A stretch of 64,000 nucleotides of DNA from Desulfurococcaceae archaeon (GTDB lineage Archaea; Thermoproteota; Thermoprotei_A; Sulfolobales; Desulfurococcaceae): NCBI GenBank assembly GCA_038816475.1, contig JAWBAI010000007.1, positions 10,142 through 74,141 of the forward strand, given 5' to 3'. The first letter of the stretch is position 1. The number at the start of each line of letters is the position of its first letter. The notes below the pieces were generated by a model. That model searched no databases and had not been told where the DNA came from. It worked only from the letters and a program-made list of their open reading frames with translations. The translations under genes were made by a program, and so were the position numbers. Below are positions 29,739 through 39,285 of the stretch, piece after piece.

Positions 29739-30479
29739 TCACCTTTCTATGCTCACATGCTCTTCGGGGATTGATAAGTAGAGAGCTATGGCTGTGAACC
29801 CGGCTGCCACAGCGACCGCCTCGAAGAGGTTGTACAGCATTATGCTTCCACTCAATGGTATACCGAAGACATGGGATGGGTAGAACCTCTGATTTGTAAC
29901 GAGTTCAAAACCCTTCAGTACGGGAAGAAACGCTACGATTCCAATTGAGGCTAGAGCTAGGCCTCTTACGGCGATGAGCTTAGCCGACGTTACATTTCTT
30001 GAGATAAAAGCGTTCAAGGTGAATACGGGAACAATCAGCATCGATGCTGTTGCAAGAGTGGATCCACCCTGGAAGCCGCCACCAGGAGTCAAGTGCCCGT
30101 GTAGTGCAATACATGCAGCTATCGTTGCTATGAGAACTACTATTATTCTAGTGGATGTCTTGGTGAGCTCTGTTAAGCCAACAGTTCTTGTCAAAGGCTT
30201 TGGGGTGGCTGCTCTGAAGATCGCGAGACCACCAACTAGTGCTAAGTACAGGACAACGGTTTCATAGATTGTGTCAAGACCTCTGTAATCCCATACAACA
30301 GCGGCAACAGCCTCGGGGCTAGCAGTATCATTGATTGTGTTCTTTACGTAGTACTTTCCAAGATCTCTCAGTGAACGTGGAACGTTCACTTCAACCAGAA
30401 CAGTGATCACAAGGGGCAGTATGAGAGCTACGGCGAGGATAACTAGTAGAACCACAATGCGCCTACTCACGGGAACCAA
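29739..30479 (-). CDS. Mrp antiporter subunit B (MbhE+F-like)
   Basis: VWDYRGLDTIYE; HGHLTPGGGFQGG. Confidence 0.92.
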   Translation of the reverse strand: MVPVSRRIVVLLVILAVALILPLVITVLVEVNVPRSLRDLGKYYVKNTINDTASPEAVAAVVWDYRGLDTIYETVVLYLALVGGLAIFRAATPKPLTRTVGLTELTKTSTRIIVVLIATIAACIALHGHLTPGGGFQGGSTLATASMLIVPVFTLNAFISRNVTSAKLIAVRGLALASIGIVAFLPVLKGFELVTNQRFYPSHVFGIPLSGSIMLYNLFEAVAVAAGFTAIALYLSIPEEHVSIER

Positions 30480-30735
30480 CCTCCTCGTACCTTTCTGTTT
30501 TACTAATAACGAAAACTACTAGTGCTGAGTAGAGCCCAACTGAGACGGCAACATAAGTCATAGTAATGTCGGGTGCAGCCATAGTGTGCAGTAGTATGGA
30601 GTAGCATATGCTCTGTCCAGCTGAAAAGACAACAGCTTTCATTAAATCCCTCTCCGTTACAGCCATGTATACGAACACGAGGCTTAGAACGGATGAAGCC
30701 AGTATTAGCAGTAGTGAAGTGATCACGAGCATCAC
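30463..30735 (-). CDS. Mrp/Mbh small subunit (MbhD/DUF4040-like)
   Basis: RDL.KAV, APDI.MT..AV..G; 3 TM. Confidence 0.85.
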   Translation of the reverse strand: MMLVITSLLLILASSVLSLVFVYMAVTERDLMKAVVFSAGQSICYSILLHTMAAPDITMTYVAVSVGLYSALVVFVISKTERYEEVGSRE

Positions 30736-31088
30736 CTGCTATCTTCTTCGAGCATGTCCACTACGGGTTTCCACGCTACTGAACGTGACTTGTGAGCAGC
30801 GTACGCAAGTACGTGGCTTCCTATCGGGGCTACAATGAGTATTACTAATGCTGTAACAAAAGATGAACCAGCTATTATGAACCTTCCGGGTAGATCAGGG
30901 CTACCGATAGCCATGAGCGATATGCCTATTAGTGGGAGAACAGCTCCGTATATTGCTCCTATAGTTGCTGCATGTAGCCTCACGTAGAAATTGGGGAATC
31001 TGAGAAGACCTACTGATGCTATTAAATCGAACACTCCACCAGCAATAAATAAGCAGGAACCAATCCAGAATAGTGCTGACTCGATCAC
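30732..31088 (-). CDS. Mrp antiporter subunit G (MbhC-like); start probably GTG 31088
   Basis: GLLRFPNFYVRLHAAT, APIGSH.LA.AA; GGAGGTG SD before the GTG. Confidence 0.92.
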   Translation of the reverse strand: MIESALFWIGSCLFIAGGVFDLIASVGLLRFPNFYVRLHAATIGAIYGAVLPLIGISLMAIGSPDLPGRFIIAGSSFVTALVILIVAPIGSHVLAYAAHKSRSVAWKPVVDMLEEDSR

Positions 31089-31363
31089 ACTCCCACCTCC
31101 TTTGCAATTAGATACTTTGAGACGTAGATGTCGAGGATGTAAGCCCACAGTGCTAGCATAATAGGTGGAGCTACCATAAACGGCGTTCTGTAGTATAGAG
31201 AAAGAGCTGCTAGGAATACAGCTAAGTCGTAAGCTAAGCAGTCTGCGGCAAGCACCATGTCAGGTATCGTGGGACCACGTATAAGCCTAGTGGTGTACAA
31301 AACAACAGCCATTATGTACAAAGGTGCTCCAATGCTAATTACCAACTCGATATAGTTGCTCAT
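31085..31363 (-). CDS. Mrp antiporter subunit F (MbhB-like)
   Basis: RLIRGPTIPD.VLA.D; C-terminal SKYL. Confidence 0.92.
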   Translation of the reverse strand: MSNYIELVISIGAPLYIMAVVLYTTRLIRGPTIPDMVLAADCLAYDLAVFLAALSLYYRTPFMVAPPIMLALWAYILDIYVSKYLIAKEVGV

Positions 31364-31545
31364 ACGCTTTGACCCTTCCCGGGTAATAGACTAAACAGGG
31401 TGCAGGTAATATATGGTTTTCTGTATCGTTTAATGCGTTCTCCAGGCTCAGGTCTTAATGCTCTCGTGTACCAGCTGAAAGCATTTAAAACACCTTGAAT
31501 ACTCTAACTCTACACGAGTAGTGCAATCTACCAAGGTGCTACTGC

Positions 31546-31848
31546 ATGTCCACGAGTAAACCTGCACCGAAAAAACCCTCGCCAAAGAAACCTTCGAGAG
31601 AAGCCCCCAAGGTAACCATGAGTCTACGAACAACAGTAGACATTAATAGCATTGTTCAGAAGATCAAAAGCGATGTTGAAAAAGGAGCAGTTAAGTACTA
31701 CACACCCCACACTCTGGCGCAAGCTATGAACATAAAGATAAGTGATGCTAAAAGAGCACTCAGAGAAGCGGTTAACCAGGGTATTCTTAGGCTTTACAGC
31801 GGAGGTAGAAGATCCCCGATCTTTGTACCAGTAAAACACGCTCAGTAG
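31546..31848 (+). CDS. rps25e: 30S ribosomal protein S25e
   Basis: Lys-rich N-terminus, YTP..LA..MNIKISDAKRALRE winged helix. Confidence 0.88.
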   Translation: MSTSKPAPKKPSPKKPSREAPKVTMSLRTTVDINSIVQKIKSDVEKGAVKYYTPHTLAQAMNIKISDAKRALREAVNQGILRLYSGGRRSPIFVPVKHAQ

Positions 31849-31963
31849 GGTGCACAAAGCACAGCGGAATCAACGAAGGTGAACACCACGAGGATGACCA
31901 CCCTGGATTTCATTTTAAAAGCAAAATAAATAAGCCCCCTCTATGTGATATCTAAATGGAACT

Positions 31964-32039
31964 GCGGCGGTCGTCTAGCCTGGACTAGGACGCCGGCCCC
32001 CCAAGCCGGAGATCCCGGGTTCAAATCCCGGCCGCCGCA
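31964..32039 (+). tRNA. tRNA-Gly (CCC)
   Basis: Acceptor GCGGCGG/CCGCCGC-A, anticodon arm CCGGC-CCCCCAA-GCCGG, T-loop GTTCAAATC. Position 33 is C. Confidence 0.93.
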
Positions 32040-32110
32040 TACCACAACAAGGGGCGCAATTCTTGTGGTGGCAACATCGATAATAAGGATTTGCCCCAAG
32101 AGTTACTTAG

Positions 32111-32335
32111 GGTGTGAAACTGTTTTGATGTGCTAGGTTTATATAGGTTTTTGTGGGATTCTTTTCACGATGATGAGGGGTGGTGCTTTGAGATACCTGA
32201 ATGTGAGCTCTGTGGCGTTGGGCTCGAAGGGTGCTCATGACCCTCGCGTAGAGTGGCTAGTAGCCGCCGTGAACAGCGGGGCAAGAGGCACAACCCGCTC
32301 TAGGAAAACCCACAAAAACCTAAAGCGGGAAACGG
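32111..32335 (+). mobile_element. Non-autonomous IS607-derived MITE (left end plus 135-nt right end/omegaRNA region)
   Basis: The first ~50 nt match the IS607 left end at 60873. 32201-32335 matches 62698-62832 with 6 substitutions. Bounded by GG dinucleotides. Confidence 0.93.
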
Positions 32336-32391
32336 GATGATGTAAATAGTGGTCTATGAAGAGTGATTAAACTCCCATGGGCTGACCTCAA

Positions 32392-32805
32392 ATGTCAACG
32401 CATACAAGGAAAAGGAAGCTTTCAGTTAAAGGTTCCACGGAGATATTCTCAAGGATAAACCTTATACTAGCCGAATTTCTGCCCGCGATATACGAGTACA
32501 ACAGTATGATAAAGCACACAGGTTTTTACCTCAAGCCTGTTCACATCACAACGAGAAGATTACAGGATGGAACTTACGTCAAGTACTGCTACTACGGACG
32601 GTACTGGTACAGGCTCGAAAAAGTATCCCCGAGCAGGATCAAGTGGGTCTATGTAGGTCGTGAAAAACCAAGTCCACAATTACCGGATCCACCACCCAAC
32701 ATACTCGAGGGTGTTGTCGTTAAGAAGTACAATGGAGAGGTTGAAATAGAGTTCGCTAGCGAAGAGCTTTTCAGAGAAATCTCCAAGCGGCTTTATCAGA
32801 TCTAA
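32392..32805 (+). CDS. Conserved-looking hypothetical protein
   Basis: 137-aa ORF with YYGRYWYR and KWVYVG aromatic/basic motifs. Confidence 0.7.
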   Translation: MSTHTRKRKLSVKGSTEIFSRINLILAEFLPAIYEYNSMIKHTGFYLKPVHITTRRLQDGTYVKYCYYGRYWYRLEKVSPSRIKWVYVGREKPSPQLPDPPPNILEGVVVKKYNGEVEIEFASEELFREISKRLYQI

Positions 32806-32904
32806 CCATGCTCATGCGGATCTTTCTACAATGAACACTACGACGACGTTGTTATTTAATTACCCTGAGCTCTATCTAAGTAGAGATCGTGAAGCGGTGT
32901 TAAC

Positions 32905-34026
32905 ATGGATGGTAAAGCGGCTACTAGCGGTGTGCTTTACTTCATACTGACAAGCATGATCATATACTCCACTTTGATATCACTAGGCATTGTAGCACAC
33001 ATAACGTACAAGCAACGAAGAAGCGCAAGTAAAGCTAGCAACTTTGAAATAGTCATTGTCTCGAAAGCTGACAGTAAAGTCAAAAAAAGTCTTCTAGAAT
33101 CCGTGAAGTACCATGTAGGCAGATTCAGTAAAGTAGTAGTGGTTGTTGATGAGGGTGCTGAACTTATACCTTATCTCAGGTCGATTAAGGGTGTAAAGCT
33201 AGTCGTGGTTCCTTCGAACTACAGAAGAGATCTGGTTGGTAAAGGGAGAGCTCTTCAGTACTTCGTTGACTGTTGCGTTGATTCATCCAAGTGGTACGTG
33301 TTCATAGACGATGACAACCTGATCATAGGGGACGACTTTCAGCACGAAATCCCCGAGTACGAGAGAATGGGGTATGTTGCAGCCAACGGCATACTCGTAC
33401 CGAGACCCGGTAAAAGCACTCTTGCATACGTAATGGACTGGATAAGGTTTATAGACGATCTTCTTATTTACAGGTTTTTCACAGGTCTCTTGGCAAGACC
33501 TCTCCTCGGATTGCACGGAGACCTTTTGATCGTTAAGGGGTCTGTGCTCAAGGAAATAGGCTTTGGCAGGAGAAGCTTAACGGAAGACTTCGACTTCGCC
33601 GCGGAGTTAGTTAAACGAGGTTACAAAACGTGGCAGAGCAACACAAAGGTCTCTATAAAAAGTCCCAACAGCCTAAAGGACCTTGTACTGCAGAGAGGAA
33701 GATGGTTTAAGGGGATTATATCCGGAATCAGGCACTGCCCAGCTGGAATGAAGCTTGTAGTTTTACTGAGAAGCTTCACCTTCGGTGTGGGCTTTTTCAT
33801 GCTAGCCGTAATTCTACCTATTCTATCACAGCTGGGTTACACGTGGTTCATACTCCCTGCTCTTCCTGGAAGCTTGTACTATGTGGGTACGTACACGTAT
33901 GGCGCGTACAAGGCCAAGCGCTTACACTTAGTGCTACTTGCACCGATCATGGGCATAATTGAAGCCATGTCCAGGCTCTACGGACTTCTGCTCGTTAAAG
34001 ACTACGTGATTATAGACAAGAACTAG
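32905..34026 (+). CDS. GT2 glycosyltransferase (membrane, processive-type motifs)
   Basis: KGRAL, FIDDD, LTED, QRGRW. Confidence 0.9.
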   Translation: MDGKAATSGVLYFILTSMIIYSTLISLGIVAHITYKQRRSASKASNFEIVIVSKADSKVKKSLLESVKYHVGRFSKVVVVVDEGAELIPYLRSIKGVKLVVVPSNYRRDLVGKGRALQYFVDCCVDSSKWYVFIDDDNLIIGDDFQHEIPEYERMGYVAANGILVPRPGKSTLAYVMDWIRFIDDLLIYRFFTGLLARPLLGLHGDLLIVKGSVLKEIGFGRRSLTEDFDFAAELVKRGYKTWQSNTKVSIKSPNSLKDLVLQRGRWFKGIISGIRHCPAGMKLVVLLRSFTFGVGFFMLAVILPILSQLGYTWFILPALPGSLYYVGTYTYGAYKAKRLHLVLLAPIMGIIEAMSRLYGLLLVKDYVIIDKN

Positions 34027-34036
34027 GGATCACGTC

Positions 34037-35206
34037 TTGATCGGGGAGTTCAGCTTCAGGTATAACGACGTGGTTCTTCACTTCGGAGTTGGTGTACTCA
34101 AGAAAATCTTCACGCGAGTAGTCAGCGGTCACAGCAATGCACTAGTAATATCCTCGAGAACAGCTGCTCGTGTATCCGGAGCCTTGGAAGACGTAACGAG
34201 TGCTCTGAGAAGCGCTGGAGTGAGTTACATAATCTATGACAAGATACTGCCAAACCCCGATACGGAAACAGCTGATACCGTTATCGACATCGCGAAGCGT
34301 GAAAATGTGGACCTGGTGATCGGTATTGGAGGTGGAAGCGTTATTGATGTAGCAAAGGTCGTATCCTTAGCTGCTACCACGGAGCTGAGATCCATTGACT
34401 TAATTAGAGGATCTAAGCAGACTCGAGCTTCAGCTGATACGCTGAAACTAGTTGCTGTAAACCTGACCCACGGCACAGGCTCCGAGGTGAACAGGTTTGC
34501 TGTTCTCACCGTAAAGGGTACCATTGAGAAACGCGGTTTCACGGCTAGGTACCCGGACGTGAGCTTCGATGATCCATACTATACTAGAACACTGGACAGA
34601 AACCAGTCTATCTATACATCACTGGATGCGTTTTACCACGCGTACGAGTCGGCTACATCTAGGAGAACAAACATAATGGTTTCATCGCTCGCGCAGATAG
34701 CTATTACCCATATAGTAGAATCACTTCCAAAAGTCCTCGAAGACCCTAGTTGTATTGAGCTCAGAGCTAGGCTACTTTACGCTTCGATGATCGCCGGTCT
34801 CGCTGTTGATATAGCTGGGGGGTCCCACCTAAACCACGCACTAGAGCATGGGTTTAGCGGGTTACAGCCTAAGCTACCTCACGGAGCAGGATTAGCCATG
34901 TTTGGACCAACGGTAATCTACTACACTCACAAGGCTGTGCCGGAGGTTTCAGCGAGGTTACTTAAAGCTCTCGATCCATCGATAAAACCTATTTCCGATG
35001 ATGCGGAGAAAGCTAGAAAAATCGTTGAGGATTTCCAAAAATCGATCGGATTCTCGGAGAGGCTGAGCGACTACGGTATTTCAGAGAAGGATGTTGCCCC
35101 TGTACTCGACTTTGTGGAGAGAACTATAGTTGAGCGGTATCATGCTAATATACCATTCACCGTCAGCAGAGGAATGCTCGAGAGAATAGTTCTAAGTGTG
35201 CTCTAG
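34037..35206 (+). CDS. Iron-containing alcohol dehydrogenase
   Basis: PNP, GGGSVIDVAK, THGTGSE, DAFYHAYE, HALEH, PHG. Confidence 0.94.
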   Translation: MIGEFSFRYNDVVLHFGVGVLKKIFTRVVSGHSNALVISSRTAARVSGALEDVTSALRSAGVSYIIYDKILPNPDTETADTVIDIAKRENVDLVIGIGGGSVIDVAKVVSLAATTELRSIDLIRGSKQTRASADTLKLVAVNLTHGTGSEVNRFAVLTVKGTIEKRGFTARYPDVSFDDPYYTRTLDRNQSIYTSLDAFYHAYESATSRRTNIMVSSLAQIAITHIVESLPKVLEDPSCIELRARLLYASMIAGLAVDIAGGSHLNHALEHGFSGLQPKLPHGAGLAMFGPTVIYYTHKAVPEVSARLLKALDPSIKPISDDAEKARKIVEDFQKSIGFSERLSDYGISEKDVAPVLDFVERTIVERYHANIPFTVSRGMLERIVLSVL

Positions 35207-35223
35207 ACAACGGCTTCACTATG

Positions 35224-36438
35224 CTAAGCTTGAAACGTTCCTTGGTCTAACCCGTACCTATACGAGATTTTTCTAACAATTCTCGAGAAGTTTCTTAGCA
35301 ATACTTCCTTTTCACGATCACCAGTCTTGATACTAGCTAGAACATTTGCGAAGAACTCTATTGTCTTATCCACATCCTTTGGTTTAATCCTGTAGGGAAC
35401 TCCGTCTTTGCCTCCATGAGCATAGGCGTAGAGGAAGGGGTCCAACGGGTGTGTTGTGGGATCCTTGAACGATGGTTCATAACCGTAGATCAGATCAGCT
35501 ACTAGTGCTATTGCTCTCAGAGTCTCCGGACCAAGCCCGGGTATCAGTAGTAGCTCGCTGAATTCACGTAGAGCAGCTTTCTTGATCTCCTCTGCTACTT
35601 TCTCAACGTTCCTAGTGTTCACAACGGGTCTGTAGAAGAGAGGACACTTCGATACCTTAACCCCTAGTTCACCCGGTTGTGTGCTTATTACTCCTTTTAC
35701 GTAGTCCTCAAGACTGGGTAATCTCCTAAGGGCTCTGTTAACACGGTGTACATCATGGATAAGAGAGACTACCGGGGTTGATTGTAGAATGTCCAGTATA
35801 GCTTTCCTAGTACTTCTGGACTCTCCGTTTACGAGGTTCAACGCTGGAGCTGTGATCATGGATGCTACGCCGCTGTGCGGGTCATCGTCTATGGTGTACA
35901 CTCCTGGTTTCTCGAGGAGAATATGGTATCGTCTTGCAAGCCTGGTGTCCAGGTTCATACCCTGCTGAACAACTAGCAAACCGTTTTCTGTGACAAGCAC
36001 ACCGTGGATGTAGAGAGTGTAACCGTCCTGAAGAGCAACAGAATCCACCTTAGCCGAGAGCCTGCTAGTTAGAACCACCTGTTCAGGGTCTACGAGGTCT
36101 CTTAGATAACCCGCTTCTTCTGGTATTTTCCTTGCATCACCACCTTTGCCCCCTAGAACAGCGAGCCCTTCCTCGCGAGCCGATTCCGGCGGAAAAGAAC
36201 TCTTGAGAACGTAGAGAACAATCGTTGTAGACCCACTACTATCCCAATCCATACCTATAACGTTGTTGAAAGCTTGAAACCAAAGAGGATCCGCTAGTCT
36301 TTCCAGGAGCACCCGTGGACCATAGGTCTCAACAATGAACCTGGCTATTAAGGAGCCAAGCTTTTTCATTCTCCTAAGTAATGCTTCAGGTACATGACCA
36401 TTGTGCAGTGGAAGCTCAGCAATACCTTCTAGGAGCAT
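35224..36438 (-). CDS. DUF763 family protein
   Basis: LPLH.GHVP, GMDWDSSG.TT, GGKG, AKVD...QDGY.LY.H, QQGM, AHGGKDG.P. Confidence 0.9.
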   Translation of the reverse strand: MLLEGIAELPLHNGHVPEALLRRMKKLGSLIARFIVETYGPRVLLERLADPLWFQAFNNVIGMDWDSSGSTTIVLYVLKSSFPPESAREEGLAVLGGKGGDARKIPEEAGYLRDLVDPEQVVLTSRLSAKVDSVALQDGYTLYIHGVLVTENGLLVVQQGMNLDTRLARRYHILLEKPGVYTIDDDPHSGVASMITAPALNLVNGESRSTRKAILDILQSTPVVSLIHDVHRVNRALRRLPSLEDYVKGVISTQPGELGVKVSKCPLFYRPVVNTRNVEKVAEEIKKAALREFSELLLIPGLGPETLRAIALVADLIYGYEPSFKDPTTHPLDPFLYAYAHGGKDGVPYRIKPKDVDKTIEFFANVLASIKTGDREKEVLLRNFSRIVRKISYRYGLDQGTFQA

Positions 36439-36765
36439 GATCGCTTCTACCAGTTTACGGCTTCTCCACTATTACACCCACATTAATATACTTGGAAATG
36501 CAAGCCATATAAATGGGCTGTTTTCAGAGAAAAGCTCATACTAGGAGCTAATAGCAGTCTGTGTTATTACGTTGAAACCAAGCTCTCGAATATCCCTACT
36601 AAAGCCGATCTGAGTGGTGTACTACATTTAGCTAACATCATTAAGAGAAAAAAGCTTACAACTGATGAAGGTTCTATCGGTATAACTAGTTAGTTTAGTG
36701 AAATTAAGGAGCAAGCTGTAACGAAGAATGTTATGTAAATTGCTTTATCTTATTTTAGGAGTCAT

Positions 36766-38664
36766 CTACGTACTTCGTGTTTTGAACAATAACGTTACGA
36801 GCTCATCACTACATTTCTCGAGAAGACTACTTCTCGACTCTTTGTATTTATCGATTATGGCTCTTGGAGCTCGAAGTACTACGCTGGGTTCTGCTATAGG
36901 ACCAACACCTGTTCTCACGCTTTTCCTAACGTCCTCAGGGTTTCTTTCGCAATCGTACAAGACAACTATGCCTTCGAATCTAAACTCATCCATGCACTTA
37001 ACAACAGCTGCGCGAACTCCAAGTAGGTTTTCAAGTGCATTTTCGATGGCACCGGGGCTTAACCTGTACCCGCTCACCTTTAGTACTCCATCTAGTCTAC
37101 CGAGAAGATAAACGTAACCGTCCTCCGCTACCACACCGTAGTCACCTGTTCTGTAGAAACCGTTTGACCACTTAGCCTCGAACTCTACTGGGTATTCAAC
37201 CGGCATTGATGGCCATGGGTTTTTAATAACGATCTCTCCAAGCTCGTTTACAACAGATTTACCTTCCTTGTTCACAACCTCAACGATGAAGCCGGGTATT
37301 GGTGGACCAGCTGAGCCCGGCGCTATAGGTGGAAACACGAAGTTCGGTAGGTTACCCGTGATGAACGTTCCAACCTCGCTCTGAATGTAGAGGTTTACAA
37401 CGGGTATTCTACCACTGAGGTTCTCAGGCGTGGATGTGAGTAGTGGTGTTTTACCTGTTCCCACAACACGGTACGTCCACCACCATGTATCAACCTCTAG
37501 TGGTTCAGCTGTTACGAGGATTGCTTTCAGCGTGTCGAAGTTGTGATTTAGCACGTAGCTGTCACCTATTCTGGACAGTATTCTGAGAGCACTGCTCGTT
37601 GTTAGGAACAGTGTTACAGCGTAGTCTTCGAGAATAGTCCACCATCTATCCCACGATGGGTAATCCGGTCCTCCATCGTACAACACTACAGTTGAACCCA
37701 TCATTAGTGGGCCGAAAACAACGTAGCTTACACCTGTAATCCAGCCGGGCCATACCGTGCAGAAGTAGGTATCACGTGGTCTAAGACCGATCCACCTAGA
37801 AGTCGAGAAGACCTGAACAAGGAATCCACCAACAGGGTGTGTTATAGGCTTATGGTCCTCAACGTAACCACTGTGCAATCCGAACAAAGGATGACCGCTC
37901 TCCGCTACGTAGTCCTCTACGCTGTTACCACCGCTCTTCAGAAAGTCCGCGAAAGATAACTCGTTGCTCCTCAGCGCAGGTGAACCGAGACGCTCGTACA
38001 CAACTAGTATCAACGATTGCTTCACAAGCTCCAGTGCTCTTCTAGCTGTTGTCAGCGTATCCACCTGTTTACCTCTGCGGTAGAAACCATCTGATACGAA
38101 CAAAACCTTGGGTCTTCGGCTCGCAACCCTCTTAGCTAACTCGTAATACCCGAAACCTGTGAACACAGGCTCGAATGGGGCTCCCAGCTTAACGGCCGCC
38201 AGCATTGATGCTATCGACTCCGGTAGTGGTGGTGCGTATAGCATTACCCAATCTCCTGGTTTAACACCAAGTGCTTTGAGACTACTCGCTATCCTCTGAA
38301 CTAGCTCATCGAGATCCGCGTACGTTAAAACTCTAGACACCCCTTCTTCACCCTCCCATATCAGGGCTGGTTTACCCCAGGTTCTGTTATCACTCCGATG
38401 GCATCCAATGATGTTGTAGTATGCACTCAGTTTACCATCGGTAAACCACATCATTCTCGGTGGTTTACCCTCGTAAATGCTACTCCAGGGTTTAACCCAG
38501 TAAAGGTATTCTGCTTCGCGAGCCCAGAAGCCAAAGGGGTCCTTCACGCTGTTCAAGTATATTCTCTTGTACTCCTCCACTGTGACAGTTTTCCACTTCA
38601 TGGATGGCGGTACTACTCTTTCACTACTGTAGAAAAGTTTAAGTCTTTTCTCAACGTAGGACAT
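36766..38664 (-). CDS. Acetyl-CoA synthetase-like AMP-binding protein with degenerate catalytic motifs
   Basis: ACS N-terminus (DPFGFW, WF.DG), GWITG.SY, YRTGD, GRLD..LKVSG.RL; P-loop and A10 Lys motif not recognisable. Confidence 0.8.
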   Translation of the reverse strand: MSYVEKRLKLFYSSERVVPPSMKWKTVTVEEYKRIYLNSVKDPFGFWAREAEYLYWVKPWSSIYEGKPPRMMWFTDGKLSAYYNIIGCHRSDNRTWGKPALIWEGEEGVSRVLTYADLDELVQRIASSLKALGVKPGDWVMLYAPPLPESIASMLAAVKLGAPFEPVFTGFGYYELAKRVASRRPKVLFVSDGFYRRGKQVDTLTTARRALELVKQSLILVVYERLGSPALRSNELSFADFLKSGGNSVEDYVAESGHPLFGLHSGYVEDHKPITHPVGGFLVQVFSTSRWIGLRPRDTYFCTVWPGWITGVSYVVFGPLMMGSTVVLYDGGPDYPSWDRWWTILEDYAVTLFLTTSSALRILSRIGDSYVLNHNFDTLKAILVTAEPLEVDTWWWTYRVVGTGKTPLLTSTPENLSGRIPVVNLYIQSEVGTFITGNLPNFVFPPIAPGSAGPPIPGFIVEVVNKEGKSVVNELGEIVIKNPWPSMPVEYPVEFEAKWSNGFYRTGDYGVVAEDGYVYLLGRLDGVLKVSGYRLSPGAIENALENLLGVRAAVVKCMDEFRFEGIVVLYDCERNPEDVRKSVRTGVGPIAEPSVVLRAPRAIIDKYKESRSSLLEKCSDELVTLLFKTRST

Positions 38665-38667
38665 GGT

Positions 38668-39276
38668 TCAGCTCCTCCTTAGTAGTACTATCTGCGTGTA
38701 GGGCTGTGACATATCCCTGAACCTGTAGTAGTCTCTAAGACTAGTGTAGTGTACTGGAATAGTCACAGCGGGTCTAGCAGAACTCACGAGCTCAACAGCT
38801 TCCTCCGGAGTCATCACGCATCCACCACCGATCGGCACGAGGAGAACATCGGCTTTTTCAGCAGCCTCCGCGACCTCTGGAACAAGGTTTGAGTCTCCAA
38901 CGTAGTATACGGATAAACCATCGCGGAAACTTAGGAGAAACCCTACTCCAAGACCCCTAGGATGAGGTGGTGTACCCTCGTAGAGCTCTGGTTCATTGTA
39001 AGCTTCGACAGCAACTACTCTGATGTTACCCAGGTCTAGGAGATCGTTGGGCCTTACAATTCTACCGGCAAAGGGTGAGATCAGCCTATCTTCAGGTAAG
39101 GTCTTCACGCTGTCTCCGCAGTGCTTAGCGTGGTTGTGCGTGCAGAGAACATATGTGCAATCATCGAGTTCTTCACCAGGGTCAATGCACAACTTAACAC
39201 CTCTGTACTCGAGCAGAGCACCAGTGTACCCTCTTGTTGATATTCTCACGCTTCGAACTATCAGAGCTCTAGGCAA
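38668..39276 (-). CDS. MBL-fold metallo-hydrolase (UlaG/UPF0173-like)
   Basis: CIDP, THNHAKH, AYN, HPRG.G.G, YYVGDS, PIGG, IPVHY. Confidence 0.85.
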   Translation of the reverse strand: MPRALIVRSVRISTRGYTGALLEYRGVKLCIDPGEELDDCTYVLCTHNHAKHCGDSVKTLPEDRLISPFAGRIVRPNDLLDLGNIRVVAVEAYNEPELYEGTPPHPRGLGVGFLLSFRDGLSVYYVGDSNLVPEVAEAAEKADVLLVPIGGGCVMTPEEAVELVSSARPAVTIPVHYTSLRDYYRFRDMSQPYTQIVLLRRS

Positions 39277-39285
39277 AACTTTTAC

